Shown here in pieces: positions 25,940 to 38,500 of a DNA stretch of 64,000 bases (position 1 is its first letter; every line of letters starts with the position of its first letter). The position numbers and the translations under genes are program-made. Below the pieces are notes generated by a model. That model was given only the letters and a program-made list of their open reading frames with translations, was not told the origin of the DNA and did not search any database. Source of the DNA: Octopus sinensis (taxonomy: Eukaryota); the NCBI RefSeq assembly GCF_006345805.1, contig NC_043015.1, positions 48,050,001 to 48,114,000 on the forward strand. The letters run 5' to 3'.

Positions 25940-26368
25940 TTTTAGTTAAATTCTGCCCCACCCTGAATAGAAAGGGTAACAGAAATATGAACGAATGAAT
26001 ATACACATCACTACTTGAGAAATTATGTAGGCAATTCTAGTCTCTCTGCTTCACATATAATACATTATATACACCTGATACATATACACATACGTATTTT
26101 ATATACACTGCAAATGTATATATACTCAGCAGGATTGTGTAATGATAATAATGACAGGTTTTAGTTAAATTCTGCCCCACCCTGAATAGAAAGGGTAACA
26201 GAAATATGAACGAATACACATCACTACTTGAGAAATTATGTTGGCAATTCTAGTCTCTGCTTCACATATAATATATTATATACACCTGATACATATACAC
26301 ATAGATATTTTATATACGCTGCAAATGTATATATACTCTGCAGGATTGTGTAATGATTAGTAATAGGG
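25940..26368. repeat. Tandem duplication of unique sequence, two units of about 215 bp
   Basis: ttttagttaaattctgccccaccctgaatagaaagggtaacag starts at about 25940 and 26159; the units differ by a few substitutions and short indels. Confidence 0.9.
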
Positions 26369-27073
26369 GGTTTTAATTAAATTCTTAACTTAACAGTATT
26401 GGTATGGTAGAAAAATGGGAGGAAAACGGGTGGGAAGGAGTATTTGTTTTAAGTAGATTACAGAAATTGTTGATATAATTATATCATATTGGAAGGATAT
26501 AACTTGCAACTGGTCGACCATACTGTGAGATATTTTCATGCGCATTTCACCTGGAATGAAATGAAGTCGGTGGAGGGAATATTTTTGCGCTGGGATTTCG
26601 AACATTGTATAAAGTTCAAGCCTGAACCTGTGGCTACTGTGTGAGACACACGGTAGCAAATGACTGAACTGAACATTATAAGCAAAGAGATATATAGAGC
26701 TATTTGCGTGGCTGGGGAGGAGGGCCGAGCGTGGTTGAACAACGGGAAGAACGGTTTCGAAATGTAGCTGATGAGAAAGGAAATTGAGAAGAAGCCATAC
26801 CTGGGCAACATGTAAAAATATTAAATCCAATTTAATCCAAAAGCATCGAAGCTGACAGCATCACGAAAAGTCGGGGAATACCTCCATGTCACGTGCCCTG
26901 GCCAACAGCGCCACCTGATCCCTGGAGAGAACGACTCCCTTCCAAGGGAGATTACTCCAAAGTTAAATTCGACAGAGTTACCTCAGACAAACAATCCAAA
27001 CTGACGTTGCGTACGTTGTTGGTTGAATAATAAAACTTGTGGGAAGAAAATACAAGTGACGTTATTCTAAATA

Positions 27074-27690
27074 TTTATTTCTTTATTGCCCACAAGGGGC
27101 TAAACATACAGGGAACAAACAAGGACAGACAAAGGGATTGAGTCGATTACATCGACCTCAGTGCGTAACTGGTACTTATTTAATCGACCCCGAAAGGATG
27201 AAAGGCAAAGTCGACCTCGGCGGAATTTGAACTCAGAACGTAACGGCAGACGAAATGCCTATTTCTTTACTACCCACAAGGGGCTAAACACAGAGAGGAC
27301 AAACAAGGATAGACACACGGATTAAGTCGATTATACGACCTCAGTGCGTAACTGGTACTTATTTAATCGACCCCGAAAGGATGAAAGGCAAAGTCGACCT
27401 CGGCGGAATTTGAACTCAGAACGTAAAGGCAGACGAAATACCGCTAAGCATTTCACCTGGCGTGCTATTGTTTCTTATTTCTTTATTGCCCTCAAGGGGA
27501 CAAACAAGGACAGACAAAGGGATTAAGTCAATAATATCGACCCCAGTGCGTAACTGGTACTTATTTAATCGACCCCGAAAGGATGAAAGGCAAAGTCGAC
27601 CTCGGCGGAATTTGAACTCAGAACGTAACGGCAGACGAAATACCGCTAAGCACTTCGCCTGAAATGCTAACGATTCTACCAGCTCGCCAA
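27074..27690 (-). mobile_element. SINE-A tandem array (three bodies)
   Basis: Three repeats of the body; junction gacgaaatgcctatttc at about 27250. Confidence 0.9.
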
Positions 27691-30099
27691 TGACATAGGT
27701 GCCCTTAGTAAAAGTATCATTTTCCAATGTTTAATCTTATGCTTGAAATGTATACTTACAGTCCTTTTTACTATAGACACAAGGCTTGAAGTTTTAGGGA
27801 AGAGGGTTAGACGATTACATCGACCTGAAAGGATAAAAGGCAAAGTCTATCTTGGCGGAATTTGAACCCAGAAAAGAAATGCCGTTAACCATTTCGTTTG
27901 ACTTGCTAATGATTCTGCCATCTCGCAGTCTTCGTAGTAATCACAATATTTACCTCTATATTACTGTTCGATCAATATTTACTTCTATATTACTTAACAA
28001 TTAATATTTATCTCTACATGACTTTTCGATCAGTTTAGTCTCTGACGGTCATCAGGTGTCTTTATTCCTCCTAGAAATATACACAGACTCGGACTCGATT
28101 CGAATTAGAAACTTCTGTTCTAATCTGTAGTATAAATGTAAATATTACGAATATTGGCTCGAAAGATGATGTTGATCATCTGGAAAATTATAATCGTATT
28201 TTAATAGTAGTTTCTTCTTCTTCTTCGTCGTCGCCGCCGCCACCACCACCACCATCATCATCATCATTGGTTTGATGATGAAGGCGGCGAGTTGGCAGAC
28301 TCGTTAGCGCAACGGGCAAAAATATTTAACTGCATTTCGTCCGTCTTTATGTTCTGAGTTCAAAATTCGATAAAATAAGTACCAGTTGAACACTAGGGGT
28401 CAAAGTAAGCGACTTAAACCCTCTCCCAGCTTGCTGGCTTTGTGCCAAAATTTGAAACAATTATTACTGGTGTGACGATGTAGGAATAAAAAAAATAGCA
28501 ACAAAGTTTAAAATAAGCAAAATTATATGATAAAAGTAAATCTTGAGAAAATCAATTAGCATGTTAACTATTAGATGTATCCTTATCTTTCATCCTAATA
28601 TCTTTTTCAGGGGATTATAAATAATCTTTGCCATAAATCCGTTTATATTTTTAAGTCTCATACCTGATGTGATGGTTATTTAATTTTCTGCCTAAGGAGA
28701 TAAAACAAAAGATATTTGAATGAAAGCTGAAGTTGTTTACAAAGACAAAAAAAAATACATGAATTTTAAACAAAGACTATTATACAAAAGTATTATGCAG
28801 CAACAGAAAACACCAGAACAGTGTTAAGTAATTTTTTAACACAATACCATCATAAATATAACATCTGCGTGGCAGAAATTTAAAACTTCATTGGCAGACG
28901 TGGCTAAGGGGTTAAGAAGCATGCGTCCCAGGCATATGGTCTTGACTGAACTCATTGAGTCGTCACCAACTGATTTTTGCTTGGGGTATTCTTGCTTTTA
29001 TAACTATCCAGAAGGATAGACATATTGAGAACAATAGATTTAGTTGGTGGTCATGTTATGAGAACAAGAATGGAAGGTTCTGTGACAGGGTCCTTTGTCT
29101 CCAGCCCCGGTTTGCTATCTTACTTCAAATACCATCTGAAGAGCAAGATGGGGTTGGAGAGGAGGACCCTACTGCCGAGTGAACATGAGCAACCATGGAA
29201 GGATGTGTCTCCGAAGGAATTTAGCTGTTATTTTTAGCAGGTTGAGTGGCCACAGAGAAGCGCTCTCATGAATGATGTGCCAATTTATGTAGTATGTTAT
29301 ATAGTAACTAGCTGGCCCCGTGCCATCAAAAATGACAGCTAATTGTAGTATTTTATAAATAATATGGATGGTAAATCAAATTAATACACTTATTAATGTT
29401 AGCTAGTAGTTGTCTATTGAGATGTGACATTGATCATCGTTTGTTACAGAAAGAATGCTGGTCCACACATACAAACATTCACATACCTCCCTTTTACATA
29501 TACACATATATACTCACACTAACAGTTTGCCATCACCCCTTCCTTTCTTGTTTATAGGTGCAGGGAGTGGCTGTGTGCTAAGTAACTTGCTTACCAACCA
29601 CATGGTTCCGGGTTCAGTCCCACTGTGTGGCACCTTGGGCAAGTATCTTCTACTATAGCCTTGGGCCAACCAAAGCCTTATGAGTGGATTTGGTAGACGG
29701 AAACTGAAAGAAGCCCATCGTATATATGTAGTGCGTGTGTATATGTTTGTGTGTTTGTGTCCGTAACTTAGCAGTTCGGCAAAAGAGACCAATAGAATAA
29801 GTACTAGGCTTACAAAGAATAAGTCCTGGGGTTGATTTGCTCAACTAAAGGCGGTGCTCCAGCATGGCTGCAGTCAAATGACTGAAACAAGTAAAAGAGT
29901 ATATGTTGTGATGGAGAAAAACACAAGAGTATTATTATAGTAGATAATTATGTAAAGTACTAAAATGCTTTATATTATCAACATTTCAACATTTGTGATT
30001 TTATAAACAATTGTAGCAAATCCTACCAATGATTTATCCACTTTGACTTTCCTAAACATTGAAAAATAGAGAAGTTCAGTAAAATACCAAAACATTATA

Positions 30100-30690
30100 G
30101 AATTTTTAATTTAATTTTTTGGCTCAAAAAGCAAAAGCAAGGCCATGTAGGGAGACAGGGAGTTATGTACAGGGAGGGTGGTCATACAAAGAGTTCAGGC
30201 CATTTCTGGTCAAGAGAGACTTTGAACCAAGCGATCATCGGCATCTTCACTTTCTCAACCGGCAGCTTATTCCATGGATCCACAACCCAGATGGAGATAG
30301 CCCCTCTCCTTCGATTGAGATGAAATCGTCGTAGATAGAGCTTTTTGGAGTGACCCCGCAGCTGACTCTCTGGAGCAGGAGTGAAGAACAGCTCTTTCGA
30401 AAGGTTACACTTTCCGCTTATGATGTTGTGAGCGAGAATGAGATCACCACGGCGGCGGCGTTTTTCTAGAGAATAAAGGTCGAGCGTCTTCAGCCTTTCT
30501 TCATAAGACAAATGCTTGAGACCAAGAACCATGCAGGTAGCCAGCTTCTGGACTCTTTCGAGATGATGTATGTCTTTGAGGAGATAAGAAGAGGCTTGAA
30601 TCACGTACTCCAATATGGGTCTCACCAGCATGACATAGAGTGGTAGGAATATGGCTGCTGTGAGCATTCCGAATGACTGTTGAATCAAAA
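30100..30690 (-). mobile_element. 5'-truncated CR1 LINE: ORF2 C-terminus, 3' UTR and (AAATT)-like tail
   Basis: LYVMLVRPILEYVIQA...LERVQKLAT...LSYEERLKTLDLYSLEKRRRRGDLI...LRGHSKKL...WNKLP is the CR1 ORF2 C-terminal signature. Confidence 0.93.
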
Positions 30691-30988
30691 ACAGAATATT
30701 TCTATTTTATTCTTTAAGGCAGTAAGCTGGCAACATCATTATCCTGCTTGGTAAAACAGTGTGTGGCATTCATTCAGGATCTTTATGTTCCTAGTTCAAA
30801 TGCCATCAAGGTCAACTTTGCCTTTTATTCTTTCAGGGTTGATAAAATAAATACTAGCCGAGCACTGGCGTTGATGTAATTGACTGCTCCCTCCCCACAA
30901 AATTGCTGGCCTTGTGTAAAAATAAGAAAGAATTATATAAATCCTTTTATATAGTCTGAGAGCTTACAACTTATTTTTGTCATGGTGA

Positions 30989-31352
30989 AACAAGAGCACT
31001 CAGAGAGTGCAAACCTCCACCAAGGCAACACTAATGTCCTCTCAATGATTAGCCAGAGATGATTTTTAAAATGAGAATATCTGAAATAAACTCAACTGCT
31101 CTCACAAACGACAATACTAAAAATGAACCTGACTGCTCTCAGAAATTAAGTAGAAAAACAGGAAAAATAATCCAGAATCCTTGTCCAGTATCAGATCAAT
31201 CCCAAAATCTAATCAGTTTGTACCAGTCATGAGGCCAAACATCTCTGAAAGTTTCATCCGAATCCATCCAGTGGTTCTTGAGATATCTTGTCCACAGACA
31301 AACAAACACGACTGATAAACAATACCTCCACTTTCACTAAGGCGAAGGTAAT
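30989..31352 (+). mobile_element. Helentron-associated (HINE/DINE-like) non-autonomous element
   Basis: 5' sub-terminal acctccaccaagg (31013-31025); 3' acctcc...ggcgaaggt stem-loop containing the inverted sub-TIR (31324-31349). Confidence 0.6.
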
Positions 31353-31756
31353 AGATAGAAAAATTAATTCATGATTAAATATATTTTTAAAATGTTCTTA
31401 GATTTTCTTTTTAAATAATTCAAAACCTAGAGCTTCTTTTGGAATGTCCTGGCAGAGGAGCTCCAGCCAGTTTTTTTTGTTTTTTTGTCTTCATAAGTAG
31501 GTTCTGTGGTGTAAAGGTGAGCATTCTGGAGGGAGCCTGAATCCAGCAATCTGAGTTGAAGTCTCAGTAAAACCTTAACCAACTTACACTTTGTATAGGC
31601 ACAGGCCTTTGTGGTTAAGCAGCTTGCTTTGCAACCAAGTGGTTTCCGATTCAGTCTCACTGCATGGCACCTTGAGTAAGTGTCTGCTACTATAACCCTA
31701 GGCCAACCAATACTTTTTGAGTAGATTTGATAGATAGAAACTGAGTGGAATCCTTT

Positions 31757-31802
<46 letters not shown>

Positions 31803-32263
31803 ACAAGAACATAACAGGTGACAACAAAACATCTAGACAGTTAGATGATACAAAGAAGGACAGGAAAAAAACAAGGAGTGGTCATTCGGAGCCTTCTATC
31901 ATCAGTCGAGTTCCAGATCATCCCTGCAGTTTCAGCCGGTTACATTCAAGACTGGTATATATATACTGACGATCTGCTCGTTTCTGTACTACTAATACAT
32001 GTGTGTGTGGATTCATCCAATACATTGGAATAAATAGACATACTGGAATGTTTACTGGCTGATGTCTGTCGATTTTATATCCTCTCCACTTCCTTATTTG
32101 CCGCATAAATCAAGGGTAAACCATTTTTTACCCCTGCCCATATATAACACTCAATTGTGAGCTTGCCATGCAATAACAAGCACTTGGGTAAAAATAAGTG
32201 GGTACACTACCAGCAGTATAATGGATAGGTACTATCCCTTAGTTGGTTTCTCAAACTCTAACT

Positions 32264-32295
<32 letters not shown>

Positions 32296-33457
32296 AAGAA
32301 AAGAAAATGGAGATTAGGAAGTTAATAATTGTTTATTATTAACAGCAGGAGTGGCTGTGTGGTAAGTAGCTTGCTAACCAACCACATGGTTCCGGGTTCA
32401 GTCCCACTGCGTGGCATCTTGGGCAAGTGTCTTCTGCTATAGCCTTGTGAGTGGATTTAGTAGATGGAAACTGAAAGAAGCCTGTCGTATATATGTATAT
32501 ATATATATATATATGTATGTGTTTGTGTGTCTATGTTTGTCCCCCTAGCATTGTTTGACAACCGATGCTGGTGTATTTACGTCCCCGTCACTTAGCGGTT
32601 CGGCAAAAGAGACCAATAGAATAAGTACTGGGCTTACAAAGAATAAGTCCCGGTGTCGAGTTGCTCGACTAAAGGCGGTGCTCCAACATGGCCACAGTCA
32701 AATGACTGAAACAAGTAAAAGAGAGTAAAAAGAGAGAGAGAGAGAGAGAAAATTGGTCATCTTCACTTACAGCTGTTTCAATTGATACTCAATAACCATT
32801 AAATTTACATCAATGTGACATGAGCGCAATATCATCAGAGGAAAAAAGATGTACATTTGGATGTTATCTGAGTGCTTATGAATTCATTTTAGCAGACTCA
32901 ATGTAGATTTAATGATTATTGAATACTAATCGAAACAGCTGTAAGTGAAGACCAATTTGCTGTTAATAATAAACAATTATTAACTTCCTAGTCTCCATTC
33001 TCTTTTCTTCTTTTAAATCGCCGCCCCGACTGGCCTCTGTGCAGGTGACATGTAAAAAGCACCATCCGATCGTGGTCGTTGCCAGCCTTGCCTGGCCCTC
33101 GTGCCGGTGGCATGTAAAAAGCACCATCCGTCCGTGGCCGTTTGCCAGCCCCGTCTGGCACCTGTGCGGGTGGCACGTAAAAAGCACCCACTACACTCAC
33201 GGAGTGGTTGGCGTTAGGAAGGGCATCCAGCCGTAGAAACACTGCCAGATCAGACTGGGCCTGGTGCAGCCTTCTGGCTTCCCAGACCCCAGTTGAACCG
33301 TCAAACCCATGCTAGCATGGAAAGCGGACGCTAAATGATGATGATGATAAACTATATTTTTATATATACCAATTATTTTAAGGAAATTCATTCCACCAAA
33401 ATATTTCCTTGTATGAAATCATCCCTTCATGAGGTTTATACATCCTTTAATTAAATT

Positions 33458-33491
<34 letters not shown>

Positions 33492-33595
33492 ATATATAAT
33501 TTCAACAATTGAGGGTAAAATTAATTAATTATTAATCAATTTCACCAAGTATTCAGTATGCAAAGGGACCATTTAAGGCGAATTCAAATTATTAC

Positions 33596-33812
33596 ATTAT
33601 ATAAAAGGGCTTAATAAAATAAATTACTTTGCCGCATACTGAACTCATTAGAAATAGTAGCTAAAAAAACTTTTTTAAAACTATTTCTAATACTTAAAGA
33701 GAGGTTTTCTTTAAGTATTAGAAATAGTTTTAAAAAAGTTTTTTTAGCTACTATTTCTAATGAGTTCAGTATGCGGCAAAGTAATTTATTTTACTAAGCC
33801 CTTTTATATAAT
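33596..33812. repeat. Near-perfect palindrome: 105-bp arms, 7-nt loop, 1 mismatch
   Basis: 33596-33700 is the reverse complement of 33708-33812 except 33614/33794; flanked by (TA)n. Confidence 0.95.
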
Positions 33813-33835
33813 ATATATATATATATATATAAATT

Positions 33836-34051
33836 TAGAGAATGCTAATTATGGCCGGTTCATAGGGTTACCCAGGGTTTTGTGTCCATAAAGCCTTAGC
33901 TTTACATACGACTCGTCAGACCCCAATAGCCGGTGGCCTATAACCACCGAACCAACAGTCATTTGGGTCTGATGAGGTGTGTGTAAAGCTAAGCGATATT
34001 TGGACGCGAAACCGTGGGTAATCCTGTGAACCGGTCATAACTATCATTCTT
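33836..34051. repeat. Diverged inverted repeat with arms of about 92 bp, each carrying a hammerhead-like core
   Basis: 33836-33927 versus 33961-34051, roughly three-quarters identical by eye; CTGAYGA...(G/A)AAAC...GGYC in both arms. Confidence 0.8.
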
Positions 34052-34280
34052 TAATTATTTACTGACGATCCTATGTGCGTGTGTGTAATGGTGCTGTGCT
34101 TACACAAACATGCTACACCGTTCAACTAATTGATGTTTATTCACGAACATACTTCAACCATTATCTCAGAGACACGCCGTTCCTTTTTTTTTTTTATTAT
34201 TTTTTTCATTCAGTTTATTTAATCAGTGACGTAAATACGAACGAGCGTTATCAACCAATGAAACTTTTTTTTTTTCTCTC

Positions 34281-34460
34281 CATATCTCATTTCCCAAACA
34301 CTGAACTAAACGCCGATCTGACCACCAACCCATTTCACTCTATACAACCAGCTGAAATCCTACGCACACCTTTCAGTGTATCTCATTTCCCAAATACTAA
34401 ACAAAACGCTGATCTGACCATTGATCCCTCTTTTCACGCTATACAACCAGCTGAAATCTT
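34281..34460. repeat. Two diverged tandem units of about 80 bp (period about 97)
   Basis: tatctcatttcccaaa...gatctgacc...ctatacaaccagctgaaatc occurs twice. Confidence 0.85.
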
Positions 34461-35549
34461 CCACCCACCCCTTCGTCCTCCTGATATCACCCACATTTGA
34501 AAGGAAGAGCTAATAGAAGTTACGGTCTCTGCCCTGCTTTCTTTAACAAACTTACTTAAAATGGAGTTTTTCGTTCATTCAAAAACTTTCAAATGTATCT
34601 TAGAGAGATAAAATCTAATCTTAAACATCATGTCCAACCTTCAGTGTTGTAAATTCAGCTCTCAAGATGGACCGATTATCTCCTTTTTACTCAAAGACTT
34701 TTGAAAAATAAAAATAAAACAATATTACTTTTTTTATTCTTTTGCTACAAGCCATCTCCCACAACAGTTAAAATATAATAACTTGATGTATATTTTCTTG
34801 TTTTCTCATATCTAAGCAATATCACTATCGGCAGAAATTTTTCAATTTACGCAAAATATTTCCCGTTTATTCCATTTGTATTTACCGTATATTCTGTAGA
34901 CCTTCGTGGAATTTTCTTCCGCTTCTTTCAATAAAAAATATTGCGACATTTGTCGCGAAAAGAGTCGTTTTGATTCCAAAATTTCTGCATTTGTCGTTTC
35001 CGAGAGGTGCATTTTATTATCAACAAACGAAATGGAAAGTCTGATACTCGAATATGTCATAATTCTTTAATCTTATTTTACAGGAATAGAGCAGAACACG
35101 TCTGTAGAGAACCATTATATTATCTATTGACATTAATAGCAAAGCAATTGGATTTTGAACAGTATTAAGAGGCAGGAAATGTTTCGTTGGGAAACGCAGT
35201 ATTTTATTTCATGTTATTGATTTTCGAGACATTCTTTTAAAATTCGGGTTCTAAACATATTTGGAAAAAAAAAGCCTACGTAAACAGAGAAACAGTAAAA
35301 AGAATTAAAAGTGAAGATCTTTGACAGAAAGTGAAATGGTAAACAAACAAGATGGAGAGAGAGAGAGAAAGAGAAAGAGAAGAGAATGTGAAAGAGGGGG
35401 TGTCAGATAAAGAGAAAGAGAGAGAAACATAGAATAGAGAACGAGAGAGAGAAAGAGACATAAAGAGCGAGCAAGAAGAGGGAGATAAATAAGAATAGGC
35501 AGGGGACCATTATTCCCTTTATCTTAAAAGAGTTCCATTAGAATGCACA

Positions 35550-35581
35550 ATGGCCGGTAATTTCTGGCAAAGTTCTCATTA
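35550..35581 (+). CDS. CCNC: Cyclin C coding exon 1 ([11 protein letters not shown])
   Basis: acaaATGGCCGGTAATTTCTGGCAAAGTTCTCATTA|gtaagt, 32 nt, phase 2. Confidence 0.95.
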
Positions 35582-38500
35582 GTAAGTATACCCTTACATT
35601 TTTTGCCTTCATCTGTAATTAATGTTTTTTTTTTTATCTTTTGTAGGTAGCTCTCTATGTACCTTTTCATATGTCCATACTGCTAATATATATATTTATA
35701 TCTATGGATATAATCGGCTTCGTTAATTCGCAAGCCGACGCTATATATGTCAATTTGGTCTGCTTATAACATATGTGTACCCCGCTCTCACACATGTGTG
35801 TGTGTATATATATCCACCCATACATATATACATTACATACATATAACGCGTGTGAATTTATGTGTGCGTGCTTGTAATAAACACATACACACACGCATAC
35901 ATGTGTCTAATATGTATGTGTGTGTGAAAAAAATCGTCTTCCTTTTGACGTCTACTTACTTTCCTGTGCTTGCATGGGCCATACGGAAACTGGAGTAGAT
36001 TTTCTACAGACAGATGCTCTTCATGTCGCCAACCCTCTCCTGTTACTAGGCAAGGCGTTATTTCCCCATAGCCTAACATATTTTCATGGCGGTTGGAGAA
36101 AAGAACGACACCGGTTATATGGTGACGCTTGTTTACTGCTATCAAGCGATGTCAAGACAAGCAGACAAAACACGCAGACACAAAAGCATATCGCTTATGA
36201 CAGTTCTCCTGCGTTCAGTCTGTCCCTGTGAAGCGTTCCCCACAACTCATCTCCCTTCCCCCGCCTCTATTATTCTATTAATTGTTTTCTTTATTACCCA
36301 CAAGGGGCTAAACATAGAGGGGACAAACAAGGACAGACAAAGGGATTAAGTTGATTACATCGACCCCAGTGCGTAACTGGTACTTAATTTATCGACCCCG
36401 AAAGGATGAAAGGCAAAGTCGACCTCGGCGGAATTTGAACTTAGAACATAACGGCAGACGAAATACGGCTACGCATTTCGCCCGGCGTGCTAACGTTTCT
36501 GCCAGCTCGCCGCCCTCTCTATTATTCTATTAATTACTGCACCATGCCTCTCCTTGGAAACACTTCCTTTTGGGTACTACTTAAATGCAGAGGTTCCGAC
36601 GCATCTATGTAACCCTGACCCTAACACTAAGTCTTAACCCTAACCCTACCGAGTGTGCACTGTAACATCGTTACGTAGGTGCATTGGGTCCTCTGTAATT
36701 TAAGTTGTGCCCTCCTTTGTCACTCCTCTTGCATTCTCAGTGTCATCTTTTTATTTTCCACTGAATGAACCTTTCCTATGAATACTCTCATCATTGTTCG
36801 TCACTTACTGTATCCGCCCCTACGTGTCTCTGTCACGGTTCATCGCTTTCTTCCCCCCCCCCGCATACATTTCACCATCTCCCTATTTTCCATCCCCCTA
36901 CGATTTTACTATACTGTTGCTCTCCTCCCACACCTTTTTTGTACTACCACTTAGCTTCTCACCCACCCATTCCTATTTCATTTACCTTTACCCCTAGACT
37001 GCCATTCACCATTGACTACACCCCCCTCCGTGTTCACCATTCACTGCATTCACCTTTGTTCTCATCTTTAACCATCTGTTACTCACTGTACTCTGTTTAA
37101 CACTTTTGTAAACTTACCCACTGACCTTTCTGTTTTTAGGTTCAGTTTTTGTCATCTTCAGGCAGCTAGATTAATTGCATAATGTGATAATTTTATTACA
37201 ACTTGTAAATTTTGTTAGAAAGGCAAGCTTTATTCTACACTGCTTTTATCCTGTGAAACTTTGAATGAATTTTATACTTGTTAATTTCATCTTGCTGTTT
37301 TTATATTCAATTCTAATTGTTTACATTTTTTTCCTTATTAGCCAGCAGTGGCTGCTGGACCGACAAGACATCCTCAGAGAAAGGCAAGCTGATCTGAAAG
37401 TCCTCAGTGAAGATGAATATCAGAAAATCATGGTTTTTTACTCAAATTGTGAGTTTTGCGAGAAAACTTAATGCTTATTGCATGGTTAAACCTATTTAGT
37501 CTTTCTTTAGAATAAGTCTTGCTCATTTTGACACAAAGGCAGCAGTTGGGGGGAAGGGAAGAGATGGGTCAATTACATCTAATCCAGTAGAGTGGAGGCA
37601 CATGGCCTAGTGGTTAGAGCAGGGATCGCGTGTTCGAATCTCAGACTGGGCGATGTGTGTGTTTATGAGCAAAACACCTAAGCTCCACGCAGCTCCGGCA
37701 GAAGATAATGGCAAACTTCTGCTGACTCCTTCGTCACAACTTTCTCTCACTCTATCCTCCTGCATCTTGCAGCTCACCTGCGACGGACTGGCGTCCTGTC
37801 CAGGTGGGGAACCTATACGCCAAGGAAACCGGAAACCAGATCTACCCTCGTACTCGACTTGTGTTTTATGTTGTAAACCCTGAATGGATGAAAGGCAAAG
37901 TTGATCTTGGCAAGATTTGAACTTAGGTGTTGTAACTTTAAAATATTTATATTAGGCCAAGAACAACAACTACTGCATGCTTTCAATCCATTTATCCTCA
38001 TCAGGTATTGCTTACAGTTGTAATATTAAATAGTTTCCTTATAAATCATTTACAAGTTATTTCCCACACTTTTTGTACTGGTTTGAAAAGCCAGATCTGT
38101 TGAAAGCATCTCTATATATATAAACGGCAAAATGTCTGTGTGTGTGTGTGTCCTTTATACAAATCCACAATTTTTCAGTTAGAGGGCTCGCACTTTCTAT
38201 GGTCATTCAAAACCGTCCAAGGGTGGTCGTACACATCTTTACATTTCCCCAGTCACTCCGCAAAGCCATTAAAAAATCAATGGAAGTGACTTTTTTGTGA
38301 ATTCTCTATCCAAAACCCAATCAAAATGCCCGAAACTTGATATGCCAATTGAATGCCAGCTAGCTGTATGTGATTGGTTGGAGATTTGGACAGTACTCGC
38401 GTGTATGTGCGCACGCACGCAGCTGTATATGCATGCACTAGCACTATGACCCGGCGTTGTTGGGTCATAGTGCTGGTTGGTAATATTTGGAAACTATATT

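Noticed and set aside
26750-26790. GAAA...CUGAUGA-GAAA hammerhead-like words
   Set aside because: No room for stems I and III; CUGAUGA is expected several times by chance in 64 kb
31860-31950. Minus-strand CUGAUGA...CCGAA and GGCUGAAAC motifs in a probable repeat fragment
   Set aside because: GAAA and GUH are not in register with any stem III
36610-36650. CCCTAA telomere-like repeats (also inside the Merlin-like MITEs)
   Set aside because: Only 2-3 degenerate units, a common internal motif of invertebrate DNA elements and not an interstitial telomere
36760-37140. Pyrimidine-rich tract resembling the 3' region next to the PLE at 4070-4370
   Set aside because: The similarity is limited to about 20 nt and low-complexity composition
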